Positions 1 through 9,211 of a stretch of DNA of 58,706 bases are shown one piece after another (the stretch's first letter is position 1; each line of letters opens with the position of its first letter). The DNA comes from Gaiellaceae bacterium. Lineage in GTDB: Bacteria > Actinomycetota > Thermoleophilia > Gaiellales > Gaiellaceae. Position numbers and translations under genes: made by a program. Below the pieces are notes generated by a model, which had not been told where the DNA came from, ran no database searches, and saw nothing but the letters and a program-made list of their open reading frames with translations. The stretch is from NCBI GenBank assembly GCA_036836235.1, contig DAITKN010000001.1, positions 1 to 58,706 on the forward strand, read 5' to 3'.

Positions 1-53
1 GGCTCCCGCTCCTCGTGTTCCTCGCGGGCTGCGGCAAGGGCAAGAAGTACTAG
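1..53 (+). CDS. 3' end of an upstream CDS running off the window edge (partial, function unknown)
   Basis: The frame is open from base 3 to TAG at 51-53 and translates ...LPLLVFLAGCGKGKKY*. Only 16 codons are visible. Confidence 0.2.
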   Translation, partial: LPLLVFLAGCGKGKKY

Positions 54-81
54 CGCTCAGGGCCGCGCGTACGATCCGGGC

Positions 82-1047
82 GTGACCGCAGCGGAGGTGC
101 TGACCCTCGACGACGTCCTCGCGGCGCGCGGCCGGATCGCCGATCGCCTGCACCGGACGCCGACTTTCGGCTCTGCCACCCTCTCCAAGCGGATCGGCGC
201 GACCGCGCACCTCAAGGCCGAGCTCTTCCAGCGCACAGGCTCGTTCAAACCGCGGGGCGTCTTGAACATCCTGGGTCAGCTCTCCGACGAGGAGCGCGCC
301 CGCGGCGTCGTCGGCATCTCGGCCGGAAATCATGCCCAGGCGCTCGCCTACTGCGCGGCCCTCGAGGACATCCCGTGCCTCGTGGTCATGTACAAGGGCG
401 GCAATCCGACCAAGATCGCGGCGACGCTCGAGTACGGCGCGGAGGTCGACCTGGAAGCCCCGGATCCGCACGCGGCCTTCGAACGCCTCGCCGAGGTCAG
501 CGGCGGCCGGGTCCTCGTTCATCCGTTCGACGACCCTCGTGGCATGGCCGGTGCCGGAACCGTGGGCCTCGAGCTCGTCGAGGACGTACCCGACGTCGAC
601 GTGGTGGTCGTCCCGGTCGGCGGCGGCGGTCTGATCTCCGGCATCGCGGCGGCGGTGAAGGGGGCGCGGCCGCAGTCCCGTGTGATCGCCGTCGAGCCGG
701 AGCTCTCGCCGGCGCTGCACGAGGGGCTTGCCGCGGGCCATGCGGTTCCCGTCGGTGCGACGACGATCGCCGACGGGCTCAACGCCCCGTTCGCCGGCGA
801 CAACTGCCTGGCGATCTGCAAGGAGCTCGTCGACGAGGTCGTGCTCGTGACCGAGGAAGAAATCAAGGCCGGAATGCGTTTTCTCTATGAGAGGGGAAAG
901 CTCGCCTGCGAGCCCGCGGGAGCCGCCGCAACCGGCGCGCTCCTCGCCGGGAAAGTCCCGGTGGAAAGCGGGGAAAACGTCGTTGCAATTGTCTCAGGCG
1001 GCAACGTAACCCCTGAAAATGCCTCTGCTATTCTGGGAGAGAAATGA
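82..1047 (+). CDS. PLP-dependent threonine/serine dehydratase (short form, no ACT regulatory domain)
   Basis: 321-aa ORF with a GTG start. It has the PLP-lysine motif [18 protein letters not shown] and the glycine loop [10 protein letters not shown] of fold-type II dehydratases. Confidence 0.85.
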   Translation: MTAAEVLTLDDVLAARGRIADRLHRTPTFGSATLSKRIGATAHLKAELFQRTGSFKPRGVLNILGQLSDEERARGVVGISAGNHAQALAYCAALEDIPCLVVMYKGGNPTKIAATLEYGAEVDLEAPDPHAAFERLAEVSGGRVLVHPFDDPRGMAGAGTVGLELVEDVPDVDVVVVPVGGGGLISGIAAAVKGARPQSRVIAVEPELSPALHEGLAAGHAVPVGATTIADGLNAPFAGDNCLAICKELVDEVVLVTEEEIKAGMRFLYERGKLACEPAGAAATGALLAGKVPVESGENVVAIVSGGNVTPENASAILGEK

Positions 1048-1262
1048 AGACTGAAATCCATCCCGACTACGTCCTCACGACTGTCACGTGCTCCTGCGGG
1101 AACACCTTCGAGACGCGGTCGACCAAGCCGGAGCTCCACGTCGAGATCTGCTCCAACTGCCACCCGTTCTACACGGGCAAGCAGAAGCTCCTCGACAGCG
1201 GCGGGCGCGTCGAGCGCTTCCAGCGCCGGCTCGAGAAGGCCGGCGGCTCGCGCCGCGGCTAA
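1044..1262 (+). CDS. rpmE: 50S ribosomal protein L31
   Basis: 72 aa, MKTEIHPDY...CSCGNTF...[13 protein letters not shown], the canonical Zn-ribbon form of L31. It has an ATGA overlap with the upstream gene. Confidence 0.95.
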   Translation: MKTEIHPDYVLTTVTCSCGNTFETRSTKPELHVEICSNCHPFYTGKQKLLDSGGRVERFQRRLEKAGGSRRG

Positions 1263-1269
1263 CCGCTCG

Positions 1270-2199
1270 ATGTCACAACCCATAGGAGGACAGGCCGTCC
1301 TCGAGGGCGTGATGATGCGCGGCGCGTCGAACTGGGCGGTCGCGATCCGCAAGCCGGACGGCGACATCGCGCAGGTCTCTCGTCCCGTCCAATCGGCGAT
1401 GGCGCGGCACTGGGTGCTGCGCCTGCCGGTCATCCGTGGGGTCGTCGCGCTCGGAGAGTCGCTGACGATCGGCTTCCGCGCGCTCGCGATCTCCGCCCAC
1501 TACGCGGCGCAGGAGGAGCGCGCCGACGGTGACGAGGCGGCCGCGGAAGAGATCGAGACCGAGCTCTCGCGTGGCGCGCTGATCTTCGCCTTCGCGATCG
1601 CGATCGGCTTCGCGCTCATCCTCTTCAAGGTCACGCCCGCGCTGATCACCGACTGGATCGGGATCAAGGCGGGCTGGTTCGTGATCGTGGAGGGTGCGAT
1701 CCGCGTCTCGATCTTCGTCGCGTACCTGGGCCTCATCTCGCTACTGCCCGACCTCCGGCGCGTCTTCCAGTACCACGCCGCCGAGCACAAGGCGATCAAC
1801 GCCTACGAGGCGGGGGAGGAGCTCGAGCCCGAGCGCGTGCAGAAGTTCAGCCTGATCCACCCGCGCTGCGGGACGGCGTTCCTGCTCTGGGTGATGGTGA
1901 TCGCGATCTTCGTGTTCGCGTTCTTCGGCCGGCCGGCCTGGTACTGGCTGATCGCGAGCCGGATCCTGCTCCTGCCGGTGATCGCCGGGCTCGCGTACGA
2001 GCTGATCCGCTTCGCCGGCAAGCACACGGGCAATCGCATCGTCCTGACCGTGCTGGCGCCGGGACTCTGGCTGCAGCGGCTCACGACCCGCGAGCCCACG
2101 CTCGACCAGCTCGAGGTGTCGATCCGTGCCCTTCGTGAAGTCCTAGCGCTCGAGGGGCGAAGCGACCCCAACGAGCGCAAGGTCGAGATCATGGCCTAA
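1270..2199 (+). CDS. DUF1385-family membrane protein (commonly found next to rpmE/prfA/prmC)
   Basis: 309 aa with the motif YHAAEHKAINAYE, several hydrophobic segments, and the conserved position between rpmE and prfA. Confidence 0.8.
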   Translation: MSQPIGGQAVLEGVMMRGASNWAVAIRKPDGDIAQVSRPVQSAMARHWVLRLPVIRGVVALGESLTIGFRALAISAHYAAQEERADGDEAAAEEIETELSRGALIFAFAIAIGFALILFKVTPALITDWIGIKAGWFVIVEGAIRVSIFVAYLGLISLLPDLRRVFQYHAAEHKAINAYEAGEELEPERVQKFSLIHPRCGTAFLLWVMVIAIFVFAFFGRPAWYWLIASRILLLPVIAGLAYELIRFAGKHTGNRIVLTVLAPGLWLQRLTTREPTLDQLEVSIRALREVLALEGRSDPNERKVEIMA

Positions 2200-2224
2200 C
2201 CGAGACTTTGTGGCTCTGAGCCAC
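2197..2224. repeat. Copy 1 of a ~25-nt repeat with the hairpin core GTGGCTC-T-GAGCCAC
   Basis: AACCGAGACTTTGTGGCTCTGAGCCAC overlaps the TAA stop of the DUF1385 gene. 21 nt (GACTTTGTGGCTCTGAGCCAC) are identical to 2315-2335. Confidence 0.7.
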
Positions 2225-2310
2225 TATCTCGGGTTCGGACACAGAATCGTGCGTCCTTCGGCACAGACGCCCGCATGGACAAGCCGTCGGCGATCGTACG
2301 GACGCAGCTG

Positions 2311-2341
2311 AACCGACTTTGTGGCTCTGAGCCACAAAGTC
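2311..2341. repeat. Copy 2 of the repeat, here a perfect 27-bp palindrome GACTTTGTGGCTC-T-GAGCCACAAAGTC
   Basis: I read a 13+1+13 perfect inverted repeat at 2315-2341, about 40 nt upstream of the osmC-like start. Confidence 0.7.
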
Positions 2342-2379
2342 AGCTGAGGCGCCCGGCCGCAGCGGGGTAGTCTGTCGCG

Positions 2380-2817
2380 ATGCCGAGGGTGCAACGCAGC
2401 GCAGACGTCGTGTGGGAGGGGAACGTTTCCCGCGGACACGGCACGATTCAGTGCGGTAGCGGTGCCCTGAGGGACATCGAGATCTCGCTGCCGACGCGCT
2501 TCGGTGACGCCGACGGACATACGAGCCCGGAGGAGCTGGTCGCAGCGGCGCTCGCCGGCTGTTTCGCCATGGCGCTCTCGGCCGAGCTCACGAAGGCCGA
2601 CACGCCGCCGGAGCGGCTCGAGGCGCGCGCCCTCGTCACGCTCGACGAGGTCGGGGATGACCACCGGATCACGACGATCGACCTCAGCGTCGTCGGGCAC
2701 GTGCCCGGCATCGACGACGAGACCTTCCAGCAGGCGGCCCGCGCGGCCGAGCAGGGCTGTCCAATCTCGAACGTGCTGAACGCCGAGATCCGGCTCGACG
2801 CTCGCCTCGCGAGCTGA
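2380..2817 (+). CDS. OsmC/Ohr-family peroxiredoxin-like protein
   Basis: 145 aa with the OsmC-like pattern (VVWEG...G.G....SG...I..S.P..FGG....SPEELV.AALAGCF, plus a second Cys in EQGCPISN). Confidence 0.8.
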   Translation: MPRVQRSADVVWEGNVSRGHGTIQCGSGALRDIEISLPTRFGDADGHTSPEELVAAALAGCFAMALSAELTKADTPPERLEARALVTLDEVGDDHRITTIDLSVVGHVPGIDDETFQQAARAAEQGCPISNVLNAEIRLDARLAS

Positions 2818-2945
2818 CCGAGACCGACTCGCCGGCCGACCGGCACCGGCTGCGCCAGACCTTCGAGCGCGTCCCCGAGCTCTACGATCGCGCGCGGCCC
2901 GTCTATCCGGCCGCGGTCTTCGACGACATCGTCTCGGTCGGCCGG

Positions 2946-3608
2946 GTGCCAGACACCGGCCGTGTCCTCGAGATCGGGTGCGGAACCGGACAGGCGACGC
3001 TGCCGCTCGCCGAGCGCGGCCTCGACGTCGTGTGCGTCGAGCTCGGAGCGGACCTCGCCGCGTTCACCCGACGCAAGCTCGCTGCCTTCCCGAACGTCCG
3101 GATCGTCAACGAGCGCTTCGAGTCCTGGGAGCCCGACGGCGAGTTCGACGCGGTCGTGTCGTTCACCGCGTTCCACTGGATCGACCCGGAAGTCCGCTTC
3201 GCCAAGACCTCCCGGATCCTGCGGCGCGGCGGCGCGCTGGCGGTCGTCGAACCTCATACGGTGCTGAACGACGATCCCTTCTGGACCGAGGTTCAGGAGG
3301 ACTACGACGCGGTCGTGCCGAGCCCGGAGAATCGCCCGCCGCTACGCGCCGAAGAGATCGGCGACCTGATCGACGAGATCGACGCGAGCGGAGTGCTCCG
3401 CAATGTCGCTGTCCGACGTCACCGCTGGGACGTCCGCTACACGGCCGACGAGTACATCGCGCTCATCGCGACCTACTCGCCCAACCTCGATCGCGACGAG
3501 GAAACACGCGAACGGCTCTTCGAGCGCATCCACCGCCGCGTGGCGAAGCAGGAGTCCATGCTCACGACGTACCTGGCCACGCTGAACGTGGCGACTACCC
3601 TTGTGTGA
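2946..3608 (+). CDS. Class I SAM-dependent methyltransferase (true start probably upstream, see findings)
   Basis: Motif I is VLEIGCGTGQATLPLAERG. The first ATG/GTG/TTG (GTG 2946) lies only 9 codons before motif I. The frame stays open and protein-like back to CTG 2814, which overlaps the osmC-like stop. Confidence 0.8.
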   Translation: MPDTGRVLEIGCGTGQATLPLAERGLDVVCVELGADLAAFTRRKLAAFPNVRIVNERFESWEPDGEFDAVVSFTAFHWIDPEVRFAKTSRILRRGGALAVVEPHTVLNDDPFWTEVQEDYDAVVPSPENRPPLRAEEIGDLIDEIDASGVLRNVAVRRHRWDVRYTADEYIALIATYSPNLDRDEETRERLFERIHRRVAKQESMLTTYLATLNVATTLV

Positions 3609-4648
3609 TGGCCGGCATGGAAGACCTGATCGACGAGCTCGACCGCTCCTACCGCGAGACGCAGGAGCGCCTCTCGGATCCTGACGTCTACAACGACCAC
3701 CGCGAGGCGGCGGAGGTGGGGCGGAAGCTGAAGGAGCTCGAGACCCCGCACAAGCTCGCCGAGGAGTGGCGGACGACGCGTGACGATCTCACCGCGGCGG
3801 CCGACGACGGCGAGCTGCGGGAGCTCATCCCCGATCTCGAGCAGCGCCTCGCGGCGATCGAGGAGGAGCTGAAGGTCGCGCTCGTCCAGGCCGACCCGGC
3901 CGACCAGAAAGACGTGATCGTCGAGGTCCGTCAGGGCGTCGGCGGCGACGAGGCCGCGCTCTGGGCCGGCGACGTCTACTCGATGCTGAACCGCTACGCC
4001 GAGCGCCGCGGCTTCAAGACCGAGCTGCTCGGCTCGAGCCCGAGCGAGAGCGGCGGCTTCAAGGAGGTCACCTTCGCGGTCAAGGGCGACGGCGCCTACT
4101 CCGTGTTCAAATGGGAGGGCGGGACGCATCGCGTCCAGCGCGTGCCCGCGACCGAGTCGCAAGGGCGCATCCACACGTCTACGGCCACCGTCGCGGTGAT
4201 GCCAGAGGCGGAGGAGGTCGAAGTCGAGATCGATCCCGGCGACCTGAAGATCGACGTGTATCGCTCGACCGGGCCGGGCGGGCAGAGCGTGAACACGACC
4301 GACTCGGCGGTGCGGATCACCCACCTGCCTACGGGCGTGACCGTGGCGATGCAGGACGAGAAGTCGCAGATCCAGAACCGGGCGAAGGCGATGCGCGTGC
4401 TCCGCGCGCGGCTCTACGAGCAGAAGCGGGCAGAGCAGCAGGCCGAGCTCGACCAGCAGCGGCGCTCGCAAATCGGCAGCGGCGAGCGGGCGGAGAAGAT
4501 CCGGACGTACAACTTCCCCGAGAACCGGCTCACCGACCACCGCGTCAAGCTGACGGCGCACCAGCTCGACAAGATCCTCGCGGGCGAGCTCGACGAATTC
4601 ACCGAGGCTCTGGCCGCGGACGATCGCCAACGCGCGCTCGAGGGGTGA
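3608..4648 (+). CDS. prfA: Peptide chain release factor 1
   Basis: GGQ motif (GPGGQSVNTTDSAVRITHLPTG) and the RF1-type PxT tripeptide (RVPATESQGRIHTS). ATG 3608 overlaps the upstream TGA. The 556-aa track ORF is an upstream out-of-frame extension. Confidence 0.95.
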   Translation: MAGMEDLIDELDRSYRETQERLSDPDVYNDHREAAEVGRKLKELETPHKLAEEWRTTRDDLTAAADDGELRELIPDLEQRLAAIEEELKVALVQADPADQKDVIVEVRQGVGGDEAALWAGDVYSMLNRYAERRGFKTELLGSSPSESGGFKEVTFAVKGDGAYSVFKWEGGTHRVQRVPATESQGRIHTSTATVAVMPEAEEVEVEIDPGDLKIDVYRSTGPGGQSVNTTDSAVRITHLPTGVTVAMQDEKSQIQNRAKAMRVLRARLYEQKRAEQQAELDQQRRSQIGSGERAEKIRTYNFPENRLTDHRVKLTAHQLDKILAGELDEFTEALAADDRQRALEG

Positions 4649-5478
4649 CCCTCGCCGAGGCGCTGCGGGCGGCCGCCGAGCAGCTCGCGGCGCGGGGAGT
4701 TCCCGACCCGCAGGTCGACGCGGAATGGCTCTTGGCGAAGGCGCTCGGCTCCTCCCGTGCGGAGCTCGCCCTCGCACACGCGCGCGCGTTGACCCCGGAG
4801 GAGGAAGAGGAAGCCGCGGCGCTGGTTGCGCGCCGCGCCACCCGCGAGCCGCTCGCATACGTGCTCGGGGAGTGGGGGTTCAGGCGGCTGACGCTGCGCA
4901 CCGACGCGCGTGCGCTCGTTCCCCGGCCCGAGACGGAGGTCCTCGTCGAGCGCTGCCTCGAGCTGCTGAAGGGACGCGCGGAGCCGTTCGTCCTCGACGT
5001 CGGCGTTGGGTCGGGTGCGATCGCGCTCGCGCTCGCAGACGAGCACCCGGGCGCGCGCGTGCACGGCGTCGACGTGTCGGCCGCAGCCCTCGAGCTGGCG
5101 CGCGAGAACGCGCGGCGCACCGGCCTCGCCGACCGCGTCTTGTTCGAGTTCGCCGACGCCGCAGCAGGCCTTCCCGCCGGCCCGTTCGATCTCGTCGGGT
5201 CCAATCCGCCCTACGTCGAGCCCGACGAGGTCGAGGGGCTCGAGCCGGAGGTGCGCGACTGGGAGCCGCGCGCAGCCCTGGTCGGCCCGGACCTGACCGA
5301 AGCGGTCGTGTCCGGTGCCTGGCACTGCCTTCGCCCCGGCGGCTTCCTCGTGCTCGAGACACACGCTTCGGCCGCACGGAAAGTGGCCGAGCTCGTCGAG
5401 GCCCGCGGTTACGACGCCGGTAGGATCACGCGTGATCTCGCCGGTCGGGAGCGAGTGGTCGAGGGGAGACGGCCGTGA
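4645..5478 (+). CDS. prmC: Release-factor glutamine N5-methyltransferase
   Basis: It has the NPPY motif (VGSNPPYV) and the SAM motif VLDVGVGSGAIAL. GTG 4645 overlaps the prfA stop (GTGA). Its position after prfA is canonical. Confidence 0.9.
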   Translation: MTLAEALRAAAEQLAARGVPDPQVDAEWLLAKALGSSRAELALAHARALTPEEEEEAAALVARRATREPLAYVLGEWGFRRLTLRTDARALVPRPETEVLVERCLELLKGRAEPFVLDVGVGSGAIALALADEHPGARVHGVDVSAAALELARENARRTGLADRVLFEFADAAAGLPAGPFDLVGSNPPYVEPDEVEGLEPEVRDWEPRAALVGPDLTEAVVSGAWHCLRPGGFLVLETHASAARKVAELVEARGYDAGRITRDLAGRERVVEGRRP

Positions 5479-6089
5479 TGGAACCGACCTCGGTGGCCGA
5501 AGCGGTCGACGCGATCCGCCGCGGGCAGCCGGTCATCCTGCCGACCGACACGGTCTATGGGCTCTGCGCGGACGCTTATCGCAGCGAGCCGGCCGAGCGC
5601 CTTTACCGCTTGAAGGGCCGGCCTCGGACGCAACCGTCCGCCTTGCTCGCTGCCGAGGTCGAGACGTTGCTCGAGTGCATCCCTGAGCTGCGCGGCCGTT
5701 CCGGGTCGATCGCCCGCGCGCTGTTGCCCGGGCCGCTCACGCTCGTCCTGCCGAACCCAGCCCGGCGCTTCCGCTGGGTGACCGGCGAGAACTACGAGGC
5801 AATCGGCGTCCGCGTCCCGGAGCTGGACGGCCCGGGCAAGGAGGTGCTCGACCAGGTGGGCTGCCTGGTCGCGACGAGCGCCAATCTCCCCGGCGGGCCG
5901 GATCCGCGTCGCCTGGACGACGTCCCCGAGGCGATCCGGGCCGGCGTTGCTGCCGAGGTCGACGGCGGCGAGCTGCCGGGGACGCCGTCCACCGTGCTCG
6001 ACTTCACCGGCGAGGAGCCGCGCGTCGTTCGCGAGGGTGCCGTCCCGGGCGCTGAAGCGCTCGAGCGCGCGGTCGCAGCGCTGGCCTGA
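5475..6089 (+). CDS. tsaC: L-threonylcarbamoyladenylate synthase (YrdC/YwlC/Sua5 family, YrdC domain only)
   Basis: 204 aa with [23 protein letters not shown] and GPLTLVL motifs. Confidence 0.85.
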   Translation: MMEPTSVAEAVDAIRRGQPVILPTDTVYGLCADAYRSEPAERLYRLKGRPRTQPSALLAAEVETLLECIPELRGRSGSIARALLPGPLTLVLPNPARRFRWVTGENYEAIGVRVPELDGPGKEVLDQVGCLVATSANLPGGPDPRRLDDVPEAIRAGVAAEVDGGELPGTPSTVLDFTGEEPRVVREGAVPGAEALERAVAALA

Positions 6090-6136
6090 CCCTCGACTAT
6101 CCTCAAGCACGACACCGCCGGAGAGGAGCGATTCGA

Positions 6137-7426
6137 ATGGCCGTCGCGCAGGAGACCTTCCAGCACCTCACGAGCGCCGGGCTCGCCGAGATCGACCCGG
6201 AGATCGCGCAGCTTCTAGAGCGCGAGCTCGAGCGGCAGCGCGGCCAGATCGAGCTGATCGCATCCGAGAACTTCACGTGGCCGTCGATCCTCGAGGCCAT
6301 CGGCTCCACGCCGACGAACAAGTACGCCGAGGGCTATCCCGGCCGGCGCTACTACGGCGGCTGCGAGGTCGTGGACGAGATCGAGACGACCGCGATCGAA
6401 CGCGCCAAGGAGCTCTTCGGCGCCGAGCACGCGAACGTCCAGCCCCACGCCGGCGCGCAGGCGAACATGGGCGCGTACTCCGCGGTCCTCCAGCCGGGCG
6501 ACACCATCCTCTCTCTGAGCCTCGACCACGGCGGCCATCTCACGCACGGGCTGAAGGTCAACTTTTCCGGGCGGATGTACACGATCGCCCACTACGGCGT
6601 CAGCCGCGAGACGATGGTCGTCGACTACGACGAGGTGCTCCGACTGGCGAAGGAGCACAAGCCGCAACTGATCGTCTGCGGCGGCTCCGCGTATCCGCGC
6701 ACGGTCGACGCCGAACGCTTTCGCGAGATCGCCGACGAGGTCGGAGCCATGCTCCTCTGCGACATGGCCCACTTCTCCGGCCTCGTCGCGGCCGGCCTGC
6801 ACCCGAACCCGGTGCCGCACTGCGATTTCGTCACCTCGACGACACACAAGACGCTCGCCGGCCCGCGCGCGGGATTCATCCTCTGCAAGGAGGAGCACGC
6901 GAAGGCGGTCGACCGAGCCGTGTTCCCGGGAATGCAAGGGGGCCCGCTCGAGCACACGATCGCCGCGAAGGCGACCTGCTTCAAGATCGCCATGACCGAC
7001 GCGTTCCGCGAGTACCAGCGCCAGATCCGTGCGAACGCCGACGCGCTCGCCCAGGCGCTGGTCGACGGCGATCTCGACGTGCTCACCGGAGGCACCGACA
7101 CGCACCTGATGCTGCTCGACCTGCGCGACTCGGAGTTCTCCGGCAAGGATGCGCAGGAGCGGCTGGAGAGCGTCAACGTGACGACGAACCGGAACACGAT
7201 CCCGTTCGACGAGCGCCCGCCGATGATCGCCTCGGGCCTGCGTCTCGGTACCCCCGCCGGAACGATGCGCGGCTTCGACGAGGAGGACTTCCGCGAGGTC
7301 GCGGCGATCATCGTCGACGCGCTGAAGGCCGACCTCGACGCCGACGCGCTGATCGGCCGAGTCGACGCACTCTGCGCCAAGCGGCCGCTCTATCCGGGCT
7401 TCCGCGGCTACACGTCGTACGCATGA
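6137..7426 (+). CDS. glyA: Serine hydroxymethyltransferase
   Basis: 429 aa with ELIASENF, the PLP-lysine region [12 protein letters not shown], and GGPLEH. Confidence 0.97.
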   Translation: MAVAQETFQHLTSAGLAEIDPEIAQLLERELERQRGQIELIASENFTWPSILEAIGSTPTNKYAEGYPGRRYYGGCEVVDEIETTAIERAKELFGAEHANVQPHAGAQANMGAYSAVLQPGDTILSLSLDHGGHLTHGLKVNFSGRMYTIAHYGVSRETMVVDYDEVLRLAKEHKPQLIVCGGSAYPRTVDAERFREIADEVGAMLLCDMAHFSGLVAAGLHPNPVPHCDFVTSTTHKTLAGPRAGFILCKEEHAKAVDRAVFPGMQGGPLEHTIAAKATCFKIAMTDAFREYQRQIRANADALAQALVDGDLDVLTGGTDTHLMLLDLRDSEFSGKDAQERLESVNVTTNRNTIPFDERPPMIASGLRLGTPAGTMRGFDEEDFREVAAIIVDALKADLDADALIGRVDALCAKRPLYPGFRGYTSYA

Positions 7427-8067
7427 GCGCCACCGCGACCGGCCGCTTGATCGAGGTCGATCATCCCCTGGTCCAGCACAAGCTCTCGTACCTTCGGGAC
7501 AAGGAGACGCCCACCGTCCACTTCCGCAAGCTCGTGAACGAGCTGACGCTGCTGCTCACGTACGAGGCGACCAAGGAGTTCCCGACGGAGCCGATCGAGA
7601 TCGAGACGCCGCTGGAGCGGATGACCGCGCAGCGGATCCCCGGGAAGAAGGTCGCCGTCTGTCCCGTTCTGCGCGCGGGCCTCGGGATGCTCGACGGCGT
7701 CCTCTCACTGATCTCCGGCGCGCGGGTCGGATTCATCGGCCTTTACCGCGACGAGGAGACGCTCCTGCCGGTCGAGTACTACGTGAAGCTCCCGGCCGAC
7801 CTGGCCGAGCGCGACGCGATCGTGCTCGACCCGATGCTGGCGACCGGCAACTCGAGCGCCGCGGCGATCGCGTCGGTGAAGGCCCAGGGCGCACGCTCGG
7901 TCATCCTCGTCTGCCTCGTCGCCGCCCCGGAGGGGATCGAGCACCTGCAGGCCGAGCATCCCGACGTCACGATCGTGACCGCCGCCGTCGACCGCGGGCT
8001 GAACGAGCGCGGCTTCATCGTCCCCGGGCTCGGCGACGCGGGCGACCGGCTGTACGGAACCAAGTGA
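7423..8067 (+). CDS. upp: Uracil phosphoribosyltransferase
   Basis: [13 protein letters not shown], the PRPP loop [10 protein letters not shown], and [15 protein letters not shown] at the C-terminus. ATG 7423 overlaps the glyA stop. Confidence 0.95.
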   Translation: MSATATGRLIEVDHPLVQHKLSYLRDKETPTVHFRKLVNELTLLLTYEATKEFPTEPIEIETPLERMTAQRIPGKKVAVCPVLRAGLGMLDGVLSLISGARVGFIGLYRDEETLLPVEYYVKLPADLAERDAIVLDPMLATGNSSAAAIASVKAQGARSVILVCLVAAPEGIEHLQAEHPDVTIVTAAVDRGLNERGFIVPGLGDAGDRLYGTK

Positions 8068-9197
8068 GCCAAGCGCTCGACACGCTCGCGGACAACCTCC
8101 AGGTCGTCTACGGCGCGATCGTCGCGCTCGTGGTCGTCGTCCTCCTCACGCCGGCGGTCGGCGGGATGGCGCGGATCCTGGGCGTCGTCGGCCGCGACGA
8201 GCCGGGCCGTCGGCCGAACGCGCGCGCGGTGCCGCGGCTCGGCGGGATCGCGCTCTTCCTCGGGATCTTCGTGCCCGCGCTCGCGTTCCTCGACCTCGGT
8301 CGCGAGACGCGCGGACTCCTCCTCGGCGCCGCGGTTGCGACGACGGTCGGCGCGATCGACGACTTCCGCGGTCTGCGCTGGTGGGAGAAGCTCGGGGGAC
8401 AGCTCGCCGCGGCAGCCATCCCCGCCGGGTTCGGGATCTGGGTGCACCGGTTCACGTTCCCGGTGCTCGGGATCCACCAGCTGCCGGCGTGGGTGGGCAT
8501 CTCGCTGACCATGGTGTGGATCGTCGCGATCATGAACATGGTCAACTTCCTCGACGGGCTGGACGGGCTCGCCGCGGGGGTCTGCGCCATCTCGGCGGGG
8601 ACGTTCAGCGTGATCGCGCTCTCGCTCGGCAAGCCGCAGGCCGCGATCGCGACGGCGATCGTGCTCGGCGCGTGCGTCGGCTTCCTGCGTCACAACTTCT
8701 ATCCGGCGCGAATCTTCATGGGCGACTCGGGGGCGCTGTTGCTCGGCTTCGTCCTCGCGACGATCTCCGTCCAGTTCCTGCTCAAGACGGCCGCGATCGC
8801 GTCGCTCTTCTTCCCGTTGCTCGTGCTGGCGATCCCGATCCTCGACACGTCGTTCGTGATCGCGAAGCGGATCAAGTACCGCCAGCCAGTCTTCGTCGGC
8901 GACCTCACGCACCTGCATCACCGCTTCCTGAACATCGGCTTCTCGGAGCGTCGCGCGGTCGCCTACATCTACTTCTGGTGCGGGACGCTCGCGCTCGCCG
9001 CGCTCTCGACTCGCTTCATCCGCCCGCACGCGCACGGCTTCTGGCACCTCTGGCGCACCGTCGCGGTCGGCGGGATCGGCCTCCTCGCGCTGGCCGCGTC
9101 GATCTACATGGTCTACCTGCTGGAGATCGTGAAGCTCGCGAATCCACGAATCCGCCGGCGCGAGGTCGCTGCCTCGGCGTCGGATCGCGTCGCTTGA
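8064..9197 (+). CDS. Glycosyltransferase family 4 polyprenyl-phosphate HexNAc-1-phosphate transferase (MraY/WecA/Rfe-like)
   Basis: 377 aa, polytopic, with motifs NMVNFLDGLDGLA and FMGDSGALLLG. Its position just upstream of the atp operon matches actinobacterial rfe/wecA. Confidence 0.85.
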   Translation: MSQALDTLADNLQVVYGAIVALVVVVLLTPAVGGMARILGVVGRDEPGRRPNARAVPRLGGIALFLGIFVPALAFLDLGRETRGLLLGAAVATTVGAIDDFRGLRWWEKLGGQLAAAAIPAGFGIWVHRFTFPVLGIHQLPAWVGISLTMVWIVAIMNMVNFLDGLDGLAAGVCAISAGTFSVIALSLGKPQAAIATAIVLGACVGFLRHNFYPARIFMGDSGALLLGFVLATISVQFLLKTAAIASLFFPLLVLAIPILDTSFVIAKRIKYRQPVFVGDLTHLHHRFLNIGFSERRAVAYIYFWCGTLALAALSTRFIRPHAHGFWHLWRTVAVGGIGLLALAASIYMVYLLEIVKLANPRIRRREVAASASDRVA

Positions 9198-9211
9198 CCG
9201 GGCGGCCGACG

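Noticed and set aside
2978-4648. 556-aa ORF suggesting a very long RF1
   Set aside because: The first ~210 codons are an Arg/Pro-rich out-of-frame read-through of the methyltransferase gene. RF1 homology begins at ATG 3608, which overlaps the upstream stop.
5947-8067. 706-aa ORF spanning glyA
   Set aside because: Only the last 214 codons (from ATG 7423) look like a real protein (Upp). The rest is Arg/Pro/Gly-rich sequence out of frame with the unmistakable glyA.
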